Origin: Raja brachyura
Taxonomy: Eukaryota
Length of the DNA stretch: 64,000 bases
Assembly (NCBI GenBank): GCA_963514005.1
Contig: OY740782.1
Span: 71,424,001-71,488,000 of the forward strand
Reading direction: 5' to 3'
Part shown: positions 12,285-24,638 of the stretch, one piece after another
How positions within the stretch are numbered: position 1 is the first letter of the stretch
Layout: the number at the start of each line of letters is the position of its first letter
Translations under genes and position numbers: made by a program
The notes under the pieces: generated by a model
What the model was told of the DNA's origin: nothing
Database searches by the model: none
What the model saw: the letters and a program-made list of their open reading frames with translations, nothing else

Positions 12285-12913
12285 AGGGCCTGTCCCACTT
12301 ACGTGTCCTTGGCACGCAAATTACACAACCTCATGGTTGCGTTGAGCTGTGACGATCCCGTATGATTTCATGCATACGCACTACCGTCTGGAGCGGGTGA
12401 CGTAATTTGAAGTTGGACGCTAAATGCCGGAGTAACTCAGCAGGACCGGCAGCATCTCTGGAGAGAAGGTAAGGATGATGTTTCGGGTCGATACCATTCT
12501 TCAGTCTGAAAGAAGGGTCTCGATCCGAAACGTCATCCATTGCTTCTCTCCAGAGATGCTGCCGGTCCTGCTGACTTACTCCAGCATTTTGTGTCTATCT
12601 TCAATTTTCTTGGCCCCGCTCTGGGAGTAGAAGTGGGGGCAGATCCGGACAGCAACGGCCATGAGCCCCAGGCCAAGCTCGGCGATCGTTTGCCTGCTTC
12701 TGCTGCAGTTAGAGGTGAGACGTTGCATCGCACCAGGGTCTTGGGTTGTCCCACTTTGGCCGTTAGTTCCGCTACAGGCCGTTGGGGCGCGAAGATTTTG
12801 TTCGCTACAAACATTTTGGACCCCTGAGCGATGTCGAACACAACTACAAACCCCGCCACGCTTCTCAGGTCGCGTAATTTGTGTGCCAAAGAAACGCAAG
12901 TGGGACAGGCCCT
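12285..12913. mobile_element. PIF/Harbinger-type MITE
   Basis: TIRs AGGGCCTGTCCCACTT / AAGTGGGACAGGCCCT with TTA TSD (12282-84, 12914-16). Confidence 0.9.
12413..12601. repeat. Penelope-derived palindrome nested in the Harbinger MITE, with back-to-back hammerhead-like cores
   Basis: Inverted arms meet at TTCAGTCTGAA, with CTGAA(A)GAAGGGTCTCGATCCGAAACGTC on + and CTGAAGAATGGTATCGACCCGAAACATC on -. Confidence 0.8.
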
Positions 12914-13942
12914 TTACTCCCAGATTCCTGCCCACAGTTCACACTCTTGTTAGGTAGAGTGCTTTATTATTTATGTGATATCCCCCCTCCTCAACTTGCC
13001 TACAGACATTTTTACCAATTGCCTTACATCTATTCCTAATTTATAGTTTAAATACAGCTTGAAAACAGGCCCTTCGGCCTACCGAGTCCACGCCGACCAG
13101 CAATCACCGTACATTAGTTCTATCCTACACATTAGCGACAATTTACAGAAGCCAATTAACCTACAAACCTGCATGTAATTGACAGCCCATGCCTTCAATC
13201 TGAAAGTTAAGCCAACAGGATAAACCTCAGACTGCCAGCGACTCCTCTCGAGGGAAGGGTGAACTGAGATTGCCATGCTGCCTCTTTCAAAGATCAGGGC
13301 TGAGCTGCTGGGAGCCAATCTCCGAGATTGCCAGCAACATGTGTGATGAGATGGCAAGAGATAATGCCCTCATGTGGTCCTGGACATTCTTACTGTTAAT
13401 AAAACTGCTAAACCCAGCGTTATGCCACACAGCCAACATAATAGTAAGATTAAATGAGAACTTACCAGTTTGAAGTTTGATCTTTATTTTATGAGGAGTT
13501 ACGATGAGGGACTATGTGAAGAACCCTGTCCAGCCACACGTGCGTCAATCTTTAAAGCAGCGGTGTCAAATCACAGGTAATAGTGACTGAAGTATAATAG
13601 TAAGATAACAGAAGACTAGAACTACCAGATGACATTCATGAGGGTTGGGAGAGGAGGGCACGTAGTCCCTCATCGTAACTCCTCATAAAATAAAGTTCAA
13701 ACTTCAAACTGGTAAGTTCTCATTTAATCTTACTATTTTACTTCAGAGTCACATGAGTGACTACGTGAAGATTTCAAAGCTCTGTGATTTCATGCCGCAG
13801 ATTCAAATCCGGCCTCTCACTGCATTGATTGACTCAACATAATTAAATAATCAATAATGCATCAATCATAACATTGCTTAAACGAATTAACGGTTTATTT
13901 TTACAAATAAAACAATAGCAATCCCTCTATCCCAGGGGGAAA

Positions 13943-14490
13943 CTATATAACTGAACTTAAAACAGAATCAGCAAATACCCCAAGCCTTGCAATTGGCTTA
14001 TGATAAAATCTCGGGAACATCAGCTCACTGGACCATCCTGCGGCCACGAGGATATGATCTATAGGAACGTTCATCGCCCTGGCTGCTGAAGTTGATGCCG
14101 CCCTGGTGGAATGAGATTTAAATTTATCAGTATCAATCCCAGCACTCACTAGAACCTGCTTTAGCCACTTTGAAATTGTTTGCACCTACACCTTACTGTG
14201 CATTTTTTTGTGGCTAATAAACAATGCTGACTCTGTTCCTCTTAAGGTTCTGGTAGCCTCAATGTAATGGGACAAATATGACACTACATACGTTGAGTTG
14301 TTGAGAGATGACAAGAACTCCAGCACGTCTGGGATGCCTGCAGTTTGATATGAGATATTCTGCCGTAAGCAGAATACCACCCACTTTCTTATCGAGGAGA
14401 TGTACTGCTTCTGGGTACTATCCCTCCAGGCTGATGTGAGAACATCCACGGTGCGATCAGACAGTCCTTTCCCCAGGTATGGACTTCTTA
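13943..14490 (-). pseudogene. DIRS tyrosine recombinase with internal deletion
   Basis: FKSHSTRAAS, AAGW and FYHKP are present. About 135-140 central codons are missing relative to 55440-56519, and there is an in-frame stop at 14186. Confidence 0.88.
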
Positions 14491-15301
14491 GAATCTGCAA
14501 ATTAACAGATCAATATGATCATGTAGAGGATGTTGATCACCAGTTACCGGGTTCACCAGTAGGTTTATATGTTTGGGAACAATCATATGAGGCTGAATAG
14601 CCATTTTCAACACAAGAGGGAACCATGGCTGAGTAGGCCAGTCTGGCACTACCAATACTCCTGAAGCATAGTCCTGCTTCATTTTTTTGCAGGCATCGAC
14701 TGATGAGACAGAATGGAGGAAATGCATATACAAATATTCCACCCCAATGCAGCGAGAATGCATCGACCGCTGCTGCGCCAGGGTCTGGTTCCCATGAAAC
14801 ATATTTAGGCAACTGATGGTTTAGTCTAGATGCAAACAAATCAATATCTGGCATTCCATAATCGAGCAACCACATCATTAAATATGTCCTGATTCAACAT
14901 CCATTCTATGTTATCATTGAATTGGCGTGACTTTGTGTCTGCCGCTATGTTGAATCTACCTGGTAAGTAGATTGCTGAAAGTCAAATGTTTTTGTCAATG
15001 CACCAGCTCCAGATGTGATTAGCCAATCTGTCACAGGATTCTGACTTGACTCCACCCATGTGATTAACATATGCCACTGCTGTAGTGTTGTCAATTTGAA
15101 CCTGCACATGAAAGTGACTCTTTGCAGAGTAATAAGCTTTAGGCCCATAAAAGGTTCCCAAAACTCTAAATAATTGATCCCTCGTAATTGCAGAAGGGAT
15201 ATCTCGTCACTATTCCATCTGCCTCCACAACTGGAAGACATATCAGTAGCACCCCAACCTAGAGCACCAACATCAGTCTGTAAGACTATGGAAGGTGGTT
15301 C

Positions 15302-15355
15302 GGGGTGGAAGATTGCAACCTTCAGGTGGTCCACCCTGTTTCAACTAATGCAATC
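15302..15355 (+). ncRNA. HDV/CPEB3-like self-cleaving ribozyme (predicted; L3 carries a C>G change)
   Basis: P1 GGGGUGG/CCACCCU, P2 GAUUGCA/UGCAAUC, P3 ACC/GGU, L3 UUCAGGU, J4/2 CUAA. Confidence 0.75.
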
Positions 15356-15437
15356 AACTCGACGTGTGCAAACGGAAGATCAAATAGAACAAGTTGTCCA
15401 ACAACTTTAGGCTGTGCACACCACATGAAAGAAGAAT
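15302..15437 (+). mobile_element. Short non-autonomous retroposon headed by an HDV-like ribozyme (copy 1), inserted in DIRS RNase H
   Basis: TSD AAGGTGGTTC (15292-15301) / AAGGTGATTC (15438-15447) and GAAAGAAGAA tail. Closely similar to 60190-60324. Removing it restores the DIRS frame REVLVEPPSIVLQTD. Confidence 0.88.
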
Positions 15438-16519
15438 AAGGTGATTCAACCAAAACTTCCCTGGAACCACTTGAGACATTTGTGATCCACCATTGTATTT
15501 CTGAAATGGCTTCAGCTGGTAATCCAATGGGCCTGTCAAAATGACCTGCATGTGACCTCAACACCTGTTCTTTTGCTCATTGTAATTGTTGATAATGCAG
15601 AGGTCCAAACTGCACAGCTGGAAAACCAGACACCACCTTACCAATTAAACTGGCCACCTGTCTAATTGAAGGTCATTGTTCACCAAGGAGCTTGATACAA
15701 CCTTCAATTAACTGCTGCCTTTTATCACTGGGCAGAGTCACTAACATGTGATCTGAGTTAATGGTGAAGCCCAAGCAATCAATAATTTTAACTGGTGTTA
15801 ATTTGGATTTATCTGGATGAATGATGAACACCAATTGCTCAAAAGTGAGTTTAACAACTGAAGCAGATGATTCAGCTGCATCCCGCGTCTTTCCAACAAT
15901 TAAGATATTATCTAAATAGGCCATTACAACATGACCCTGAGCTCGGAGTAGCCCTAGAACAGGTTTTAACAATTTGGTAAACAATCTAGGAGCTGAGGTT
16001 AATCCATGAGGCAGTGCTTTGAATTGCCATACTGACTCATCCAGCTAAACTTCAAATACCTCCTATCATCACAATGAACAGATACTGAGTAATATGCATC
16101 TTTAAGATCTATGCTTGCCATATAACACCCTTTGGAAACCAGCTGTTTAACAGTGGAAAAAGTTTCCATTTTGAAACGTCTATACTGCACAAAAGGGTTC
16201 AGGCTCGTCAGGTCCAGAATGATTCTACATCCCCCATTCTTTTTAGACCTAGGAAATATATTTGATACAAACTGATGGGATTGATGAACCGACTTCTCAA
16301 TAACCCCTTTTTTGCATAATATCTAAAGTTCTGCCTGTATCTGCATATTCTCTTCTTGTGAAAACACGATTGTTTGACGTGGGACATGCTGAGTGGGTGT
16401 ACACACAGTAGGGCAGAATTCAATTTTAACCCCCTCTATACTGCCCAGCACAAAGAAATCTGATGTTGTCTCCTGCCATTGTTTGAGGAACAAGTGTAAA
16501 CTGCCCCCAACTTTTAAAA

Positions 16520-16797
16520 AATATATATATATTTTTTAGAAGTACATTACATTTTAATGGTGCCTTTTTACAGGTTCCCAGAATTATTAAAACATTCTAT
16601 GTACAACTTCCTTTTTTTAAAAAAAGAAATGAGAAAGAATGAAGTATTGAAGAGTAAAAAATAGTCTAGTGAGTGTAGTGTAAAGAAAGAAATAAGTGAG
16701 AATGTGAAGCAGAAAGGAGATTCTCACACGCCACAAGTCGATATATATTTTTTTTGTTCTTAATAATTTTTCACTCAAACCCAGAATTTTTAATTTT
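16520..16797 (-). mobile_element. AT-rich insertion (probable L1-type 3' tail) at the DIRS gag/RT junction
   Basis: Abrupt AT-rich block splitting ...VGSVIT / LKVGGSLHLF..., with an A/T-rich end. Confidence 0.55.
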
Positions 16798-18090
16798 ACA
16801 ATGTTATTACACTCCCAACTTGAACATCTTTCCCACTTAATTTATTTTCCTCAGGAGAAAAATCTCTTACCTGCACATTTCCTGACAGCGCTTGTTGCCC
16901 CCGGCCCCTCGTAGGGAAATTCATCCTTCCCCGTGTGCCTGAGGCAGGCTGCCAGCTGCGTGTGTTCAGGAATGAACGGCTCGTCCCTTCACCAGCCCCT
17001 GCCATAGCACCCCGTCGATAGCGAAAAACCCTCCTGCCTATTTTGCTGCTAGTTTTAATGAGGCCCACAGTTTATTGCCTCCTCATCAAGTTCTTTGACT
17101 TGCTTTGCGAGGTCCTCCCCAAACAACAGATTAGGCAGTTGTACATTGGTCAGTTTGCAGAGTGCTGCAAATTTTGGGTGAATGGCTGGGCGTATGGCAC
17201 TCTTTCTTATGCAGTACATTTCAAAATGTGCACTGCACAGGAGCCACAACGCATCCTGATGAACATCTATCATGTGCCCCTCGTCCACCGTTCTGGCGAA
17301 CGCAGTGATTCCTGCTGCAAGCAACTTGAGAACCCTCTGGAGTTTTATCTCTTGTGCCCGCACTGCAACCCCCATTTGGCCCCACATGACATGGTTGACC
17401 ACCGGCACCTTCAACAACCCACAGTTAGCTGGGTTTCATACCTCTTAGCAGTGTCATCTACTGCCAGCTCTTGGAGCTGATGGGCGAGCATATACTGCAT
17501 GGAAGTTGCCAACTCCTCCCCCAATGGCTCCCCTGCTTCCCTGGGGATCGCAAACTTTGCAGCTAGGTTAGGTATTAAACCCTGTTGCCCTTCACCCTTT
17601 GGGGTCTGTTCAGCCACTGACTCGGCATCAGTATACCCCTGAACCCGCAAACCCTCCTCCTCCATGAGTGGGTAATCATGCAGCCCTATTCCAGGAGCTG
17701 CTGGCACAGGCTCTCCAACAGCCTGGCATGGACACCACTCCTCCTCCCAGAGTGCATCCTTATTGAGCATCCTCTGCAATAGGATCTCGATCTGGGAGAG
17801 CCGTGATCAAATGGACTCCCCTTGCGGAGGTGAAACCTCCAGGCCTGACTCTGGGTCAATGCGCCTAGCAGACTTTGCTGTGACCTTACACCCTACCAGC
17901 GTGGCAATGTTGCTGACAGGCAACGTATCTGCTGTCGCTAGCCCTCCTGCTGGCGACAGATTCGGTGAGCTAGGCGGGCACCCGCTACCCGCACTACCGC
18001 GGTGCTCCAAACCTTTAACAACGGGTCGCCTCGCCTTCACCTTTGCTGCTTTCTGCATCTTGAAAAGTTGTAATTCCTGAAATCACCCGC
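16798..18090 (-). pseudogene. DIRS gag-like ORF1, frameshifted
   Basis: LKVPVVN, QEIKLQRVLKL, IRPAIHPKFAALCK and LFGEDLAKQVKELDE are homologous to 52692-53489. Confidence 0.85.
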
Positions 18091-18231
18091 AAATGCAGAA
18101 AGCGACCTCCAGGCTGAGTTTTCCACTTACCTTGAGGTGTTTTAAACTTACCGCTGGAGGAGCTCTGCTGCTCCAACCGGTCACCTGCACCAATGCGTCT
18201 GACGTAACGATGCACGTGCGGCTGGACGGGT

Positions 18232-18460
18232 CTCTGGAAGTCTCTGGAATTCTCTGCCACAGAAGGTCATTGAGGCTAGTTCATTGGCTATATTCAAGAG
18301 GGTTGGATACGGCTCTTGTGGCTAAAGGAATCAGGGGGTATGGAGAGAAGGCAGGTACGGGATACTGAGTTGGATGATCAGCCATGATCATATTGAATGG
18401 CGGTGCAGGCTCGAAGGGCCGAATGGCCTACTCCTGCACCTATTTTTCTATGTTTCTATG
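18232..18460 (+). mobile_element. CR1 3' fragment inserted inside the DIRS left terminal repeat
   Basis: LWNSLPQK...YGEKAGTGY followed by the CR1 3'UTR and (TTTCTATG)n tail. It splits CGGGT|TCTTCAC of the ITR. Confidence 0.88.
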
Positions 18461-19468
18461 TTCTTCACATAGTCACTCACGTGACTCCAAAGTAAAATCA
18501 AAGACCTTTCCCACCCTGGTTATGCCTTCTTTTCCCTGCTCCCATCCAGTAGAAGGTACAGATGCTTGAAAGTGCACACCACCACACACAGGAACACCTT
18601 TGTTCTGCACATGGTATCTTCCTCTTTGCTCTATCTAGTGACTTGGTTATATTAATGTATAGTATTATCTGATCTGTTTGAATAGCATGCAAAACAAAGC
18701 TTTTTGCTGTATTTTGGTAAATGTTACAATAATTTATCTAAACCTAAATGGTTATCCCTCCAGCAGTATACAAAAGGATATTTTTTTGTTTTTGAAGGGA
18801 ATGGCCGCCAGGGTATTCTTCACTCTGTCCCTACACTTTTCCCTCATGGACCCCACCTACATTGTGCCAGATTCCAAGTTGTGACCACCTCACCGTGTCT
18901 CCTTACTATGACATTTTCATTCGTCATGATGATTCTGCAGTGTCCAGCAGCAACTCCGTTCCCTATCCCAGTCCGTCAGGAGCTGCAAAGATGAACCTCC
19001 CACACGTATAGTCCGTAGGGATACAGGACCTTTTCCTGACCTCACATCTTGCAGGAGGAACATATCACTGCCCCAACTGCTATACCTACTGCACTAAGAC
19101 CAAAGAAGAGTCACACACAAAAAACAGCACTTATCATACCTTGGTACTCTTCCCCGTGCTCAGCCTCCTTGCAAATTCTCATGAGTCAAAACCTCAGCAC
19201 TTACCATTAACAAAACACTGTGGCATCAGCACAACCTCTCCCAACATGGCCGCCCCAATTGGGAGTCGCTATTGTGTTTAATCTTGATGGCATTGAAGCT
19301 ATTATAGCTATGACCATAGACAATACGTTAATATAATATTTTTTTGCAATGCTGCCACCATTGTCTGCTGTCCACTAGGACAATAATATATTTGCCAAGT
19401 ATCCAGCAGATCTTATACATTAAAGCATGTAGCTTTTTGCATTAAATATTAAATATTTAATATATTAT

Positions 19469-19912
19469 TCTATATATTACTAAGACTCTCATCTTCACCA
19501 CTTCCTGTCTGCATTGTAATTAAATTTGCGCAAAAACAATCCCCCATAGTGCTACGGTTTTTCGCCACCTTACTCACCATTCGCTCTGTTGCAAGTCAAA
19601 TAAGTTTTGTTTCAATCGGTGGAATAGTACAAAAGTTATGAAGGTTTTGAAGCTTCCCCTCCCCCACTCCCCTCCCTCCCCCACAGCCCCCAAACACCAA
19701 ACCCCTCTCTCCCCCAACCCCCCTCCCCCACACCACCCCCTCCCCACACCCCCTTCCCCACACCCCCTCACACCCCCCTCCCCCACACACACCCTCCCCC
19801 ATACCAGCCCCTTCCCCCACACTCCCCCCACACCCCCCCCTCCGCCACCCCCCTCCGCCATATCCCTCCCTCCCCCACTAATTTTCAAATGCTATTCAAA
19901 AAAAAGTACTTA
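19469..19912 (+). mobile_element. Helitron-like 5' fragment with C-rich low-complexity tract
   Basis: Starts TCTATATATTACTAAGACTCTCATCTTCACCACTTCCTGT, similar to the Helitron 5' ends at 60587 and 60922. C-rich tract at ~19655-19875. No 3' CTAG end found. Confidence 0.6.
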
Positions 19913-19923
19913 AGAGGACTAAA

Positions 19924-20148
19924 TGTTTAAAAAAGAACTGCAGATGCTGGAAAAATCGAAGGTGGACAAAGTATGCTGGAGAAATTCAGCGGGTGAGGCA
20001 GCGCCTATAGAGAGAAGGTATTGGCGATGTTTTGGGTTGAGATCCTTCTGCAGACTGAATAACAGTCTTGACCCAAAACGTCGCCAATTCCTTGTCTCTA
20101 TGGATGCTGCCTCACCCGCTGAGTTTCTCCAGCATTTTTTGTCTGCTT
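19924..20148. repeat. Penelope-derived palindromic repeat
   Basis: GCTGGAGAAATTCAGCGGGTGAGGCAGC ... GCTGCCTCACCCGCTGAGTTTCTCCAGC. Confidence 0.8.
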
Positions 20149-20391
20149 AAGAGTACTAAATATGTTTTATAAACCAATGAATCCAATGGCAAAGGAACAT
20201 TTGCATTTTTATTTCTTGCCTTCAAGCAATATGTTGTGATTGAAAGAGATCAGAAATCATAAAAAGTGCAAATTCCATTATATTATTAATTATGTAAGCA
20301 AATACAAATGTCGTATTAAATATTGTTAAAACAATTGTAAATGCTTTAAATGGTATCTGGCAGCTATTTGAACCATTAATTCATTTTGTAC

Positions 20392-20707
20392 TTTAGTTTA
20401 GTTTAGTGACACAGCGTGGGAACAGGCCCTTGCCCACTGAGTCCGCACCAACCAGCGATCCCCTCACATTAACCCTATCCAACATGCACACTAGGGACAA
20501 TTTACACCTATACCAGCCAATTAACCTACAAACATGTACGTCTTTAGAGTGTGGGAGGAAACCGGAGATCTCGGTGAAATCCCACGCGGTCACGGGGAGA
20601 ATGTACAAACCCTATCCCACAGCACCCGTGGTCAGGACTGAACCCGGGTCTCTGGCGCTGCAAGCGCTGTAAAGCAGCAACTCTATCACTGCGCCACTGT
20701 GCCGCCT
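20392..20707 (-). mobile_element. tRNA-derived V-SINE (HE1-like), full length
   Basis: Head GGCGGCACAGTGGCGCAGTGATAG with B-box-like GGTTCAGTCC, V-domain-like core and (CTAAA)n tail. Confidence 0.85.
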
Positions 20708-22679
20708 CAAATTGCTTCTTAAAACTTTTGGTTATACCGATTCTGGTAACTTCAGTAAAAAATTAAAACGAGATAAATATAGTTTGGACCTGCAGTTATT
20801 GAGTTAGTTATTTGTCTTTTCACAAAAATGGAGAGATCATTCAAAAATGCGGTCTAATGCAGCACCACGATACTAATTGTGAGTCTTGTAGTCATCTTGA
20901 AAGTTAAAATGGTTATAGTTGGATTATCGCTTCCAGAGCTGAATAGCACATTTACTAAAAGGCTTCAGTAAAATCAAAAAATTATTTTCAAAGAATGCAC
21001 AATAGCAATCAAAATGCAGATGAAATTCAATTCATTGTAACCCTTATATTAAATGCAAACTGAATATGGTTTTAATTTTGTTTCAGTCCCATACCATCCC
21101 GTTGAAAGACTCAATAGCTCTGTTTAAGCTGCAGATATAACTTTTGAGAGATGGAACCATGTGTGTTCCCTGGGCCACATTGAATGTGTTGCTGTGCCCA
21201 TCGCTTTGAGTAGGATTGAGCAGGCATATCTAGGAATACATTGTGGTTTTGGTGGAAGTATTTGCACTCAATCCACTTCAGACCATGATGGGATGGCAAA
21301 CATAGATCAAGCAAACAATAATTCAAAGTAATCAACACAATGCATCACAAAAGAAATTTGTGGTTGACAAGCCTTTATCCTGAATCCTGCAACAGGAGAA
21401 ATAGCAGTTCAACCCGAATACCAATCAGACGATTTAATGCATTTTTGATGTACATTTAAAAGATTGACACTTGGCCACAGATGTACATGTGTTGTGTTGT
21501 TTATTGCAAGGATATGGCCTGCAGTAAACCTATTATAACATATCATCGTGCAGAACTTCCTAACCTCAAATAGGAAAAATTCCATCACACATTGCACTCG
21601 GAGATGCATTATAGAAACAAATTGTACTTGGAATTGAAAAGTCACAGTCTTATTCTGTCTAAATTAATACCTGCCACAAGGCTAAGTGCGAGAGCACAGA
21701 ACTTCCCGAGTGTTTTCACTGTATTATCAGCTTTGACACCGGGTTGGGATTTTGGCTGAAGCAACCTGATTTTGTATGAAAGTATGGCTGTAGGGTATAT
21801 ATAACTAAGCACTAAGGAAAGAAAGGAGGTCCCTTCCAGAGTCACCATATTGGGAGGAATGTCGGGTGCATTTATAAATGAAAAACAATATTTTTTTTAA
21901 TCGATATTTACTCCATGTTCTACAAACCGGGATCCTCCCCAAAAACTGTGCAGTTTTTCAAAGGCCAAAATTCAACATGTATTTTGTTTTTATTTGATCC
22001 ATAACCTCCAGGGACCTTAAACACAGCTTCACATGTGTGACTAGGTTGATATTCTCAGGGAGGTCAATGGCAGTCACCCTTAGCTTCCAAAATTCACTGT
22101 CCATCCTGCTAAATCCAAAAGATAGGCCACCTAAAGCAAGAGGCTGGGTTGTATCTCTCCCTCATTCACCCATTTAGATACTCAATGATAGCTGATAATT
22201 TAAATGTCTTAAGTGCTTTATTAAAGAAATGAACACATAAAGAGAGAAATAATGTTTCTATTGACTGATTACAAACCTATTCAGCACTTTGTGTGTTTTT
22301 TAATGCCTAACAGAACAAACATATTCTGCTCATTGCCTGAACGATTTGAAGCACTGATCAGTTTGCCACATATCACAACCCTAAAGGGGTAATCATGCAA
22401 CAGTATATAAATCATTTAGGTTACAGTTCATAATCATTATCAATTGTTCTGTAGAGACCCACTGGCTGCATCCTCATTCCGCACCAACTCATCTCTGACA
22501 TCAGGGTCTGCTCCAGCTGAGGTTGAGATGCAACCGAACACTGAACACACCTCTGGGTCCAGTGGCGTGTTCTTTGTTTTTCTGTCATCATGTTTTCAAT
22601 TAAGTTTCTTTAAGTTTTTTATTAAAATATTTTTTTACCGTCTCTGACTATCAAAAACTTTTGGAAATACTTTTGGAAT

Positions 22680-24638
22680 TAAAATTGGTACGTAGCAAAG
22701 ATCAGCGGGAATCAAGAGGATTGGGTAATGTTTAAAGAACAACAGAAGATAACCAATAAGACAATACGGGGAGAAAAGATGAGGTACGAAGATAAGCTAG
22801 CGAAGAATATAAAGCAGGATAGTAAAAGCTTCTTTAGGTATGTGAAGACGAAAACATTAGTTAAGACCATAGTTGGACAATTGAAGACTGAAAAAGGTGA
22901 ATTTATTGTGGGGAACAAAGAAATGGCAGATGAGTTGAACAGGTACTTTGGATCTGTCTTCACTAAGGAGAACACAAACAATCTTCCTGATATAGTAGTG
23001 GCCAGAGGATTTGCGGTGACGGGGGAACTGAAGGAAATCCACATTAGGCAGGAAATGGTGTTGGATAGACCGATTAGACTGAAGCATCCCAGGGTACTTA
23101 AGGAAGTGGCTCTAGAATTCATGGATGCATTGGTAATAATTTTCCAATGTTCTATAGATTCAGGATCAGTTCCTGTGGATCGGAGGGTAGCTAATGTTAT
23201 CCCACTTTTTAAGAAAGGTGGAAGAGAGAAAACAGGGAATTATAGACCAGTTAGCCTGACATCGGTGGTGGAGAAGATGCTGGAGTCAATTATAAAAGAT
23301 GAGATAGCTGAACATTTGGATAGCAGTAACAGGATCAGTCCGAGTCAGCATGGATTTATGAAGGGGAAATCATGCTTGACTAATCTTCTGGAATTTTTGA
23401 AGATGTAACTAGGAAAATGAACAAGGGATAGTCATTTGATGTAGTGTACCTGGACTTTCAGAAACCATTTGATAAGGTCCCACATAGGAGATTAGTGGGC
23501 AAAATTAGGGCACATGGTATTGGGGGGTAGAGTGTTGACATGGATAGAGAAGTGGTTGGCAGACAGGAAACAAAGAGTAGGGATTAACGGGTTCCTTTCA
23601 GAATGGCAGGCAGTGACTAGTGGGATACCGCACGGCTCGGTGCTGCGACCGCAGTTATTTACAATATACATCAATGATTTGGATGAAGGGATTCAAAGTA
23701 ACATTAGCAAATTTGTAGATGACACAAAGCTGTGTGGCAGTGTGAACTGTGAGGAGGATGCCATGAGAATGCAGGGTGGTTTGGACAGGTTGGGGAAGTG
23801 GCCAGATGCATGGCAGGTAAAGTTTAATGCTGATAAATGTGAGGTTATCCACTTCGGTAGGAAAAACAAGAAGGCAAATCACTATCTAAATGGCGTCAAG
23901 TTGGGAAAAGGGGAAATACAATGGGATCTGGGAGTCCTTGTATATCAATCTATGAATGTAAGCATGCAGGTACAGCAGGAGGTGAAGAAAGCGAATGGTA
24001 TGTTGGCCTTTATAACAAGAGGAATGGAATATAGGAGCAAAGAGGTCCTTCTGCAGTTGTACAGAGCCATAGTGAGACCACACCTGGAGTATTGTGTGCA
24101 GTTTTGGTCCCCTAATTTGAGGAAGGACATTCTTGCCATTGAGGGAGTGCAGCGTAGGTTTACAAGGTTAATTCCCAGGATGGCGGGGCTGTCATATGCT
24201 GAGAGAATGGAGCAGCTGGGCTTGTACAATCTGGAGTTTAGAAGGATGAGAGGATATCTCATGGAAACATATAAGATTGTTAAGGGTTTGGACACGCTAG
24301 AGGCAGGAAACATGTTCCTGATGTTGGATGAGTCCAGAACTAGTGGCCACAGTTTTAGAATAAGGAGTAAGCCATTTAGAACGGAGACGAGGAAACACTT
24401 TTTCTCACAGATGAGTCTGTGGAATTCTCTGCATCAGAGGGCGGTGGAGAAGGGTTCTCTGGATGCTTTCAAGGGAGAGCTAGATAGGGCTCTTAAAAAT
24501 AGCAGTGTCAGGAGATATGGAAGGAAGGCAGGAACGGGGTACTGATTGGGGATGATCAGCCATGATCACATTCGAATGGCGGTGCTGGCTCGAAGGGCCA
24601 AATGGCCTACTCCTGCACCTATTGTCTATTGTCTATTG
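22680..24638 (+). mobile_element. CR1 LINE, 5'-truncated, ORF2 RT disrupted
   Basis: NYRPVSLTS, QHGFMKGKSCLTNL, SGIPHGSVL, KFVDDTKL and VRPHLEYCVQFWSP, with a 3'UTR ending (TATTGTC)n. Confidence 0.95.

Larger units (their letters stand above)
14488..16515 (-). pseudogene. DIRS RT-RNase H-adenine methyltransferase, frameshifted
   Basis: IDLKDAYY, MAYLDN, LQTD, DLFASRLN and YAFPPF occur in several frames. Confidence 0.9.
13440..18497 (-). mobile_element. DIRS-like tyrosine-recombinase retrotransposon, both ends present, decayed, with three nested insertions
   Basis: Left terminus at 18497 (TTTTACTTTGGAGTCACGTGAGTGAC), right terminus at 13440 and internal complementary region at 13659-13771. 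Gag, RT/RNaseH/MTase and YR remnants are in DIRS order. The flanks rejoin as a Rex1/L2-like sequence (AGCCAACATA|ATCAAAGACC). Confidence 0.93.

Noticed and set aside
19574-19913. Gly-rich and Pro-rich ORFs
   Set aside because: Translations of the C-rich low-complexity tract.
20640-20707. tRNA gene candidates at SINE heads (also ~7300-7369, 8510-8580, 50930-50993, 58165-58240)
   Set aside because: They have A/B-box-like motifs but no complete cloverleaf, and they continue into SINE body and tail.
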